64,000 nt of DNA from NCBI GenBank assembly GCA_934464775.1, contig CAKSKG010000006.1, positions 5,545 through 69,544 of the forward strand, read 5' to 3'. Positions 57,268-64,000 of this stretch are shown here, one piece after another. The translations under genes were made by a program, and so were the position numbers. Origin of the DNA: an uncultured Oscillospiraceae bacterium (lineage in GTDB: Bacteria; Bacillota; Clostridia; Oscillospirales; Ruminococcaceae). Position 1 is the first letter of the stretch. The number at the start of each line of letters is the position of its first letter. The notes under the pieces are model-generated. The model had not been told where the DNA came from, made no database searches, and saw nothing but the letters and a program-made list of their open reading frames with translations.

Positions 57268-57660
57268 TTACAGTCTGAAACCGAAAGGAAGCAGTTCCGT
57301 CAGCGGATAAGCGGTGATCTTTCCGTCTCCGTCCTGCAAAATAACGGTGATCGACGGTGAAAATTCAAACAGCACCTGTCTGCATATGCCGCAGGGAAAT
57401 GTAAGATCTCCGCCGCTGCCGACTATCGCGATCGCCGCAAAGTCCTTATATCCCTCCGAAACAGCCTTGAACACGGCTGTTCTCTCGGCGCAGTTTGTAG
57501 CGCCGAAGGTTGAATTTTCCACATTGCAGCCTGTGAACACCTTGCCGTCCGAAGTGAGCAGTGCCGCACCGACCTTGAATTTTGAATAAGGCGAATAGGA
57601 AAATTCCATAGCCGCCTTTGCCTCTTCGATAAGCTTTGCCGCTGTTTCGCTGTTGTTCAT
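57268..57660 (-). CDS. cdd: cytidine deaminase
   Basis: 130 aa from the ATG at 57660. CAERTAVFKAV and PCGICRQVL zinc motifs. Confidence 0.9.
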   Translation of the reverse strand: MNNSETAAKLIEEAKAAMEFSYSPYSKFKVGAALLTSDGKVFTGCNVENSTFGATNCAERTAVFKAVSEGYKDFAAIAIVGSGGDLTFPCGICRQVLFEFSPSITVILQDGDGKITAYPLTELLPFGFRL

Positions 57661-57848
57661 AAAAATATCATTCCTTTCCTTTTTCCGATAATTATATAAC
57701 TTTTTTCGGCTCATGTCAATTATTTATGGCAAACGGAGCATAATACGGCAAATATCATTGACATTTACGTTTGAATAATGTATAATGTATTAATAATCTC
57801 TGTTTATTTACAGATGTGATAATATTTATTGATCGGGTGGACGTACTT

Positions 57849-58328
57849 ATGGATTTTTATGAACTGAAATGCAAAGGCTGCGGAAAAAAGCTGCTGACAT
57901 ACAGTCAGGCAAGCTTACGAAAATATGAAAGCCCTCTGAAAAGCTGTCCCAAATGCGGCATGGCATATGCCGACCCAAGATGTCATGAAATAGCGGTGGA
58001 AGGCATACCCTCCGATACTTTCAATATTCCTGCTTATGTTATCATGGGTGTTTTCGGCGGTCTGATATTATACAGGGGAATACACGTGCTCGGTATGCGT
58101 CAGCTTGGAACACCCGATCAGATACAGTGGCTTCTCCCTGCCATGCTTATTCTGATCGGAATAATACTTGTCGCAGGAGGTATCATAGAGGTAATTTCCA
58201 TAACAACAGGCGTGAAGAAACGCAAATATGAACGGCTCACCGAAGAATCCGAAAAGCGCCTTGCCGACAGGAACTATGCATATACACTGAAAGAACTGGG
58301 ATATGATGTTCCCGAAAATTATCTTTAA
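57849..58328 (+). CDS. hypothetical membrane protein with an N-terminal zinc-ribbon
   Basis: CKGCGKK...CPKCGM (4-Cys ribbon) followed by two TM helices and a charged tail. ATG at 57849. Confidence 0.6.
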   Translation: MDFYELKCKGCGKKLLTYSQASLRKYESPLKSCPKCGMAYADPRCHEIAVEGIPSDTFNIPAYVIMGVFGGLILYRGIHVLGMRQLGTPDQIQWLLPAMLILIGIILVAGGIIEVISITTGVKKRKYERLTEESEKRLADRNYAYTLKELGYDVPENYL

Positions 58329-58339
58329 GGAGAAGCATA

Positions 58340-58933
58340 ATGAAAGAAAAGCTGAAAAATATACTGCTGATACTGATAGGCATCGGTGTACTTGCATACC
58401 TGTCGGTCACGGCAGTAATTGATCTTACCGACAGTGAAAATATACATACAGTAACACTTACCGAAGCATACAGCGTTCTTGATATTGAGCATTCAATAAA
58501 CGGGATAATCCCTATCGGCACGGATCATTATTATCTTGGCTATAATTCAAACACCTCCGAAGCATATCTGATAAAAGTCTCAAAGAGCTGGTATGACAAA
58601 AATTTTGATGCGGACGGAGCGGCATTGTCTTCCGACGGCATCACTGTAAAGGGCATCGCCAAAGCCGTCTCCGATTTTGACACGAAGCAGGAGCTTGACA
58701 GCCGTCTGTCTCAGCTTGATCTTGTATATCCATACGGAATGCTCAATTGTATAGACCTTGACTATGTTCTCCGTTCGGTATTGAAGCTTATCGACTGCGT
58801 ACTGCTTATTGCTGTTGTTATTTCAGGAATTTATGTGCTGTCAATCGGTAAAAACAGCAAGCCTGTGCTTTTCAAAGTATGGCTTGTAGGAATGAGTATC
58901 TCACTCTTTCTCCTGCTTACTGTTATAAGATAA
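58340..58933 (+). CDS. hypothetical membrane protein (N-terminal TM, ~120-aa extracytoplasmic domain, two C-terminal TMs)
   Basis: 197-aa ORF starting 11 nt after the previous stop and followed by a strong terminator. No family recognised. Confidence 0.6.
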   Translation: MKEKLKNILLILIGIGVLAYLSVTAVIDLTDSENIHTVTLTEAYSVLDIEHSINGIIPIGTDHYYLGYNSNTSEAYLIKVSKSWYDKNFDADGAALSSDGITVKGIAKAVSDFDTKQELDSRLSQLDLVYPYGMLNCIDLDYVLRSVLKLIDCVLLIAVVISGIYVLSIGKNSKPVLFKVWLVGMSISLFLLLTVIR

Positions 58934-58948
58934 ATCAACATTAAACAT

Positions 58949-58994
58949 AAAAAAGCACGGAAACAGTTCATTCAAGCTGTTTCCGTGCTTTTTC
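58949..58994. terminator. bidirectional intrinsic terminator
   Basis: A 17-bp stem (AAAAAGCACGGAAACAG with CTGTTTCCGTGCTTTTT), between convergent genes. Confidence 0.85.
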
Positions 58995-58997
58995 GTC

Positions 58998-59804
58998 TTA
59001 AAAGCCTTTGGATTCAAGCGTCTTAAAAATATCCGCATAAAATTCGGTGATATCACCGTAATCCCTGCCGCCGCAGCATACAGGCAGCTTTGAACGGCGC
59101 ATATCAACTTCGTCACAGTGAGATATCCCCCTGCGCCTGCTTCCTCGGCATATGCCCATGAAATTAGTCCACCTTACCGCTTCGGGAGCAAGCAGACCGT
59201 CGCATTCCCCCTCCACACTGCTGACCGTAAGCCACGGTATAAGCATAGTCATGTCGGAGGCTGCATTTTTCATTGCAAAGCCGTAGCTCATATAATATAT
59301 ACCCTCTCTATCGGGATTCTTCTCATTGAACCGCTTTGCTTCATCTGTCCTGAAAAGCCTGACCGCACTGTATGTTGACGGATTTTTATCCCCCAGCAGA
59401 CGAAACCAGATATCCGATACTCCACAACCGAACCGCACCAGCCCGTCGGGAAGCCTGTCCGTCAGCATATCGACCGTCCGTGAACCGTTGTGCGGAGTTG
59501 AAAGAGTTGTTACCGATGCGATCTTGTCAGCATATCCGAGTGTGGATATAAGATAGCGCACATCAAGTCCGCCCTTTGAATGAGCGATAACATTCAGCTT
59601 TTCAGCCTTTGTTTCTGAAAGGATACTGTCGATCCGCACCGCCAGCTGCCCAGCATTGCTTTCGGCAGAGCCATTGCTGTCCTGTTCTCCGAAATAGACC
59701 TTCGCACCCAGTTTTTTCAGTGCCTTTGGGATCCTGCCCCAATAGCATATATGCTTATAATCACGGAAACCCATTCCATGAACCATCAATATCGGATATT
59801 TCAT
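58998..59804 (-). CDS. alpha/beta hydrolase, lipase/esterase-like
   Basis: ATG at 59804 follows GGGGGAAA. PILMVHGMGF oxyanion region and AHSKGG nucleophile elbow. Confidence 0.75.
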   Translation of the reverse strand: MKYPILMVHGMGFRDYKHICYWGRIPKALKKLGAKVYFGEQDSNGSAESNAGQLAVRIDSILSETKAEKLNVIAHSKGGLDVRYLISTLGYADKIASVTTLSTPHNGSRTVDMLTDRLPDGLVRFGCGVSDIWFRLLGDKNPSTYSAVRLFRTDEAKRFNEKNPDREGIYYMSYGFAMKNAASDMTMLIPWLTVSSVEGECDGLLAPEAVRWTNFMGICRGSRRRGISHCDEVDMRRSKLPVCCGGRDYGDITEFYADIFKTLESKGF

Positions 59805-59877
59805 AAATTTCCCCCGAAAACAATGCCGCACGAAAAATCATGCGGCATTGCTCATTTATTACCGATTATTACCGATG

Positions 59878-62217
59878 TTACTGAGCGGAGCTTTCCGCTT
59901 CTTTCTGTTCCTTGTCAAGATTTGTCTCGATAACAAGCTCGTTCTTCTTTGCGGTGAGCTTCAGCTTGTTTATGCTGTTCTCGGGACTGTTGACAAGTGC
60001 GGTTGCGATCTTGTCCTCAACATCTGTACGTATCACCTTGCGGATATCTCTTGCGCCGAACTTCTTTCCGAACGCCTTTTCCGCAATAAGCGCAACAGCC
60101 TTCTTGTCGTATCTGAATGCGATGTTCTTTTCCGCAAGAGGATCCTCCATCTCGTCCAGCATAAGCACTGCGATATCCTTGAAATTCTCCTCGGTCAGCG
60201 GATCGAATACAACCACCTCGTCGATACGGCTGAGGAACTCGGGGCGCAGGAACTCGGAAAGTGCCTTCATTGCCTTTTCATGGGATATCTCGCTTTCGGT
60301 CTTGTTGAATCCAAGGCTTGATGATTTATCGGAAGAGCCTGCGTTAGATGTCATGCAGATTATGGTGTTCTCGAAGTTGACAGATCTTCCCTGTGCATCG
60401 TTCACACGTCCCTCGTCCAGTATCTGCAAAAGCAGATTCATAACATCGGGGTGAGCTTTCTCTATCTCATCGAAAAGCACTACCGAATAGGGACGGCGGC
60501 GCACCTTTTCCGTAAGCTGACCTGCCTCATCATAGCCGACATAGCCCGGAGGTGAACCGATAAGCTTCGATACCGAGTGCTTCTCCATATATTCGGTCAT
60601 GTCAAGTCGGATAAGAGGTTCTGTGCCGCTGAAAAGCTCCTCCGCCAGCACCTTTACCAGCTCCGTCTTGCCGACGCCTGTGGGTCCCACAAAAATAAAT
60701 GAAGCGGGACGGCGGCGCTTGTCAAGCTGGACTCTTGTTCTGCGGATAGCCTTTGAAACAAGCTCCACGGCATTGTCCTGACCGATGATATGCTTTTTCA
60801 GCTCTCCCTCGAGAGACGCCAGCTTCTTGTTCTCGGTAGCGGACACCTTGTTTGCGGGGATACCCGTCCAAAGCTCGATAACATATGCGATATCATTTTC
60901 ATCAACGTAAAGGTTGTTTGCCTTTTCTTTCAGACCATCAAGCTCACTCTGCTCACGCATAAGATCTGCTTTCGCCTCTGCAAGCTTTTCAAAGTCGGGA
61001 TCAACAGCCTCCTCTATCTCGGTAAGCTTTGCTTCAAGCTCCTTGATCTTCTTTTCGCCGTCTGCGATCTTTTCAAGCTCGGCGCTTCTGATGCTGCGGC
61101 AGGCGCAGGCCTCGTCCAGCAGATCTATCGCCTTGTCTGGCAGGAAACGGTCATTGATATATCTCTCCGAAAGAACTGCGCACATTTTCAGCAGATCGTC
61201 GGATATTTTTACTCTGTGGTGCTGCTCGTAATACTGTCTTATGCCTTTCAGCACCTCTATCGTATCTTCAATAGTAGGCTCGTTTACGGTAACTGGCTGG
61301 AAGCGTCTTTCAAGAGCGCTGTCCTTTTCGATGTACTTTCTGTACTCGGCAAAGGTCGTTGCACCGATGACCTGTATCTCACCTCTGGAAAGAGCAGGCT
61401 TTAAGATATTTGCCGCATTCATTGAACCTTCGCTGTCGCCTGTGCCCACAAGGCTGTGTACCTCATCGATGAAGAGGATAATATTTCCCTCTTCCTTTAC
61501 CTCGTCGATAAGTCCCTTTACACGGCTCTCGAACTGACCTCTGAACTGTGTTCCCGCAACAAGAGCGGTAAGATCAAGCAGATACACCTGCTTGTCACGA
61601 AGATGAAAAGGCACTTCGCCTGCTTCTATCTTCTGGGCAAGACCCTCCGCAATGGCAGTCTTTCCGACACCCGGCTCGCCTATAAGGCAGGGATTGTTCT
61701 TCTGACGGCGTGAAAGTATCTGGATAGTACGTGCTATCTCCTTGTCACGTCCGATGATATTGTCAAGCTTGCCGTCCCTTGCCCTCTCGCTGAGATTGGT
61801 GCAGAAGCTGTCAAGGAACTTGTGCTTTTTCTTTTTCTGCTTTGCCTTGTCGGTACCCGAAGCCTGACGCTCGTCAGTCTTTGTCTTTTCCACATCAAGA
61901 CCGTCGGCAGCCTTTTCCTGCGCCTTGGGCGAAAGCAGGCTTCCGCCGAAAAGGTTCTGTATAAAGTTGGGTATAGCACCCGTTCCGCCGTGCTCAAAGG
62001 CTTCGCCGTCAAGATTTTCGGCAAAGTCCGTCATTGTATTGGAAAATTCCTCAACTTCGTCATCGGAAATTCCCATCTGCTGCATATATTCCTTCACCTG
62101 CGGAATGCCAAGCTCCTTTGCGCACACGAGGCAAAGCCCCTCATTGCGCTTTTCTTCGCCCTGCACCGAGGTTATGAACACCACAGCAGTTCTTTTTTTG
62201 CATCTGCTACAAAGCAT
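59878..62217 (-). CDS. Clp/Hsp100 AAA+ ATPase, ClpE-like (N-terminal CxxC...CxxC zinc finger, two AAA modules)
   Basis: [14 protein letters not shown]...[22 protein letters not shown] and [13 protein letters not shown] Walker A motifs. A short coiled-coil middle region. No Clp_N repeats. Confidence 0.85.
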   Translation of the reverse strand: MLCSRCKKRTAVVFITSVQGEEKRNEGLCLVCAKELGIPQVKEYMQQMGISDDEVEEFSNTMTDFAENLDGEAFEHGGTGAIPNFIQNLFGGSLLSPKAQEKAADGLDVEKTKTDERQASGTDKAKQKKKKHKFLDSFCTNLSERARDGKLDNIIGRDKEIARTIQILSRRQKNNPCLIGEPGVGKTAIAEGLAQKIEAGEVPFHLRDKQVYLLDLTALVAGTQFRGQFESRVKGLIDEVKEEGNIILFIDEVHSLVGTGDSEGSMNAANILKPALSRGEIQVIGATTFAEYRKYIEKDSALERRFQPVTVNEPTIEDTIEVLKGIRQYYEQHHRVKISDDLLKMCAVLSERYINDRFLPDKAIDLLDEACACRSIRSAELEKIADGEKKIKELEAKLTEIEEAVDPDFEKLAEAKADLMREQSELDGLKEKANNLYVDENDIAYVIELWTGIPANKVSATENKKLASLEGELKKHIIGQDNAVELVSKAIRRTRVQLDKRRRPASFIFVGPTGVGKTELVKVLAEELFSGTEPLIRLDMTEYMEKHSVSKLIGSPPGYVGYDEAGQLTEKVRRRPYSVVLFDEIEKAHPDVMNLLLQILDEGRVNDAQGRSVNFENTIICMTSNAGSSDKSSSLGFNKTESEISHEKAMKALSEFLRPEFLSRIDEVVVFDPLTEENFKDIAVLMLDEMEDPLAEKNIAFRYDKKAVALIAEKAFGKKFGARDIRKVIRTDVEDKIATALVNSPENSINKLKLTAKKNELVIETNLDKEQKEAESSAQ

Positions 62218-62236
62218 TATGTGTCCTCCAAATCAA

Positions 62237-63070
62237 TCATATATTTATAAGATCATAGATATGTCTGAAAATAAGTGTGCGCTCAACCGTTTCCGCCGAA
62301 AAGAAGCCTCCCTCGGGAGAGATGCCTATTATCAGCTTCACCACCATTACAACAGCCGTTATAATGACCGCCGATTTAACAAATCCAAGCGCACCGCCCA
62401 GCAGCTTGTCTGCCGATCTTATGCCCTCTATCTTACGCACTTTAAGAATTATCATAACAATTATCTTTCCTGCGGCAAGTATAGCAGTAAAGGATACGCT
62501 CCATACCACATAGCCCAGTATCCTGAGTGCGGTGGGACGTATCACGTTTTCTTCAATCGTTTCCGCAGCGGAATGATAATCCCCCGACAGCACATCGGCA
62601 ATGATATCGGTGCTGCCGTCAGTATCTCCGCTTTCCAGCGACCTTGCGATAAATTTCGGGAGCGTGTCCGCAAGTGCGTCCGCCGCCACCGAGAAAATAT
62701 CTTCAGCCGTACTATTCAGTTTATCACTAAAATCGGGATTCGTCAAGTGCTCCGAAATATCGGGATAGCTCTCTTCGGAGATATCGTCCCTGCCCGTGAT
62801 GTCCCTTACGGTGTCCTCCAGCCTTTCATGCAGTCTGTCTGCGGAGCTTTCCAGCCCGTTTTCCACTGCCGAAACAACTTTCGGACGAAACGCCGCATCA
62901 TATACAGGCTCGGGCAGCCTTCCGCTGAATATCCCCGCTCCTATGACTGCGGCAATATATACCGCAAGTCCCAGAACGGCTCGGAGAAAGCCTTTTCTGC
63001 TGCCGTTCCAGATGCATATGAATATTATTATCGGTATGATTATGTCATATATCAGATAAAGTCTGTCCAT
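62237..63070 (-). CDS. CvpA-family membrane protein with an extended soluble insert
   Basis: An N-terminal pair of TM helices with NGSRKGFLRAVLGLA resembles the Colicin-V-production family. This assignment is tentative. Confidence 0.5.
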   Translation of the reverse strand: MDRLYLIYDIIIPIIIFICIWNGSRKGFLRAVLGLAVYIAAVIGAGIFSGRLPEPVYDAAFRPKVVSAVENGLESSADRLHERLEDTVRDITGRDDISEESYPDISEHLTNPDFSDKLNSTAEDIFSVAADALADTLPKFIARSLESGDTDGSTDIIADVLSGDYHSAAETIEENVIRPTALRILGYVVWSVSFTAILAAGKIIVMIILKVRKIEGIRSADKLLGGALGFVKSAVIITAVVMVVKLIIGISPEGGFFSAETVERTLIFRHIYDLINI

Positions 63071-63096
63071 CTGTCCGACCTTTCCGCAGCAGCCTG

Positions 63097-64000
63097 TCAG
63101 CCGCTGAAATCTATCCTGTTGATCTCGTCATAGCCCATAAGGAACATATAATTTCCGAGACGGCAGAAATCCGCATAGGAATCGGTAAGCCTTGTTCCCG
63201 ATATCTCCTGCCCCAGATTATTGTATGTATATATTCCGCTGCCGGTAAGAACATAGATCATTTTATCGCTGACCAGAATATGCTCCGCAGCCTCGGGAAG
63301 CTCCGCTTCCGCATAATTATTGACATCGCTGCCGTCGATTATCATAAGATGATATCTTCTTAAAGCCGTATTTTCCAGCAGCACGGCGGATATCCTGCCC
63401 GAATATGCATAGTCAACTATATCGTCGCCGTATTCCTGCTCGGAAAGCTTTAAACCGTTGCCGTCAAAGAAAACAATGCGGTCATTGCCGATCATAACGA
63501 TATTTCCGCTGTCGTCAATGTTTGCCGAAACAGCAAGTGTGGGGATCTTTTCGGTCTCCCATATCATATCGGTGCTGCTGAAGCTGAATTTTATCAGTCC
63601 CGACCAGACCTGTCCGCCCGAAGCGGTAAGGGTCGTGACGATACAGCCGCCGTCCGATGTAAAGGTGACGTCGATTATTCGGCTGTCATAGCTCTTGTAT
63701 GTAAATACGCTGTTTCCGTCGGGACCGTAAATGTCCAGCTGCGCCAGAAACTTATCCGATTTTGTGACCACAGCCGCATAGTCCGATGAACTAAGCTCCG
63801 CCATAAGGATAGTCTGATCCGTGGTTTTCTCATATATGGTCTTGTACTTGCTTTCAAGGCTGAAATTGTTTCCGCCAAGGTCATAGATCAGCGCCTTTTT
63901 GTCCGATACCGTAAGGATAGGATTTGAATAGGTGTGCTGCTTTTCGGTGATTTGCTTTCCGTTCACATCATAGACCATAAAATGGGAATCGTCTATTATA
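63097..64000 (-). CDS. DUF5711-like (beta-propeller-like) protein; 5' end outside the window
   Basis: The reading frame stays open to the window edge upstream of the track ATG (..IIDDSHFMVYDVNGK). Repetitive beta-strand-rich sequence typical of Clostridial DUF5711 proteins. This assignment is tentative. Confidence 0.5.
   Translation of the reverse strand, partial: IIDDSHFMVYDVNGKQITEKQHTYSNPILTVSDKKALIYDLGGNNFSLESKYKTIYEKTTDQTILMAELSSSDYAAVVTKSDKFLAQLDIYGPDGNSVFTYKSYDSRIIDVTFTSDGGCIVTTLTASGGQVWSGLIKFSFSSTDMIWETEKIPTLAVSANIDDSGNIVMIGNDRIVFFDGNGLKLSEQEYGDDIVDYAYSGRISAVLLENTALRRYHLMIIDGSDVNNYAEAELPEAAEHILVSDKMIYVLTGSGIYTYNNLGQEISGTRLTDSYADFCRLGNYMFLMGYDEINRIDFSG

Overview
The window looks like a chromosomal, mostly housekeeping stretch of a Firmicutes/Clostridia genome. 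The gene content resembles Ruminococcaceae/Oscillospiraceae: a dacB-ytfJ-DUF2953-scpAB sporulation/segregation block, phoH-ybeY-dgkA-era-yqzL-recO, rpmG-secE-nusG-rplK-rplA, and a split cobalamin methionine synthase. About 58 protein-coding genes are supported, most with a clear family assignment, and many have readable sigma-A-type promoters and intrinsic terminators. I saw no rRNA or tRNA gene, CRISPR array, prophage, intact IS, integrase, reverse transcriptase, toxin-antitoxin pair or recognisable multi-gene defence island. The signals that ordinary annotation does not explain are mainly at the RNA or repeat level. (1) A stand-alone structured RNA locus of about 255 nt at 8416..8670(-) has its own near-consensus promoter, a long closing helix and an intrinsic terminator, and I could not assign it to a family by eye. 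(2) Two homologous long-hairpin elements of 165-180 nt (28877..29045 and 43738..43917) share a conserved apical internal loop. The helices flanking that loop show compensatory changes, and the G-U pairs favour the plus strand in both copies. (3) A secreted protein carries two Ig-like domains and 13 tandem Tyr/Ser-rich repeats of a type I do not recognise. (4) A two-gene module pairs a CheY-like receiver with a fusion of MshEN-type (c-di-GMP-binding) motifs to a CheX-like phosphatase domain. There are also several orphan proteins, a transposase remnant, and two small genes missing from the ORF track (rpmG and a yqzL-like ORF). All family calls come from reading the translations. No database search or folding computation was run.
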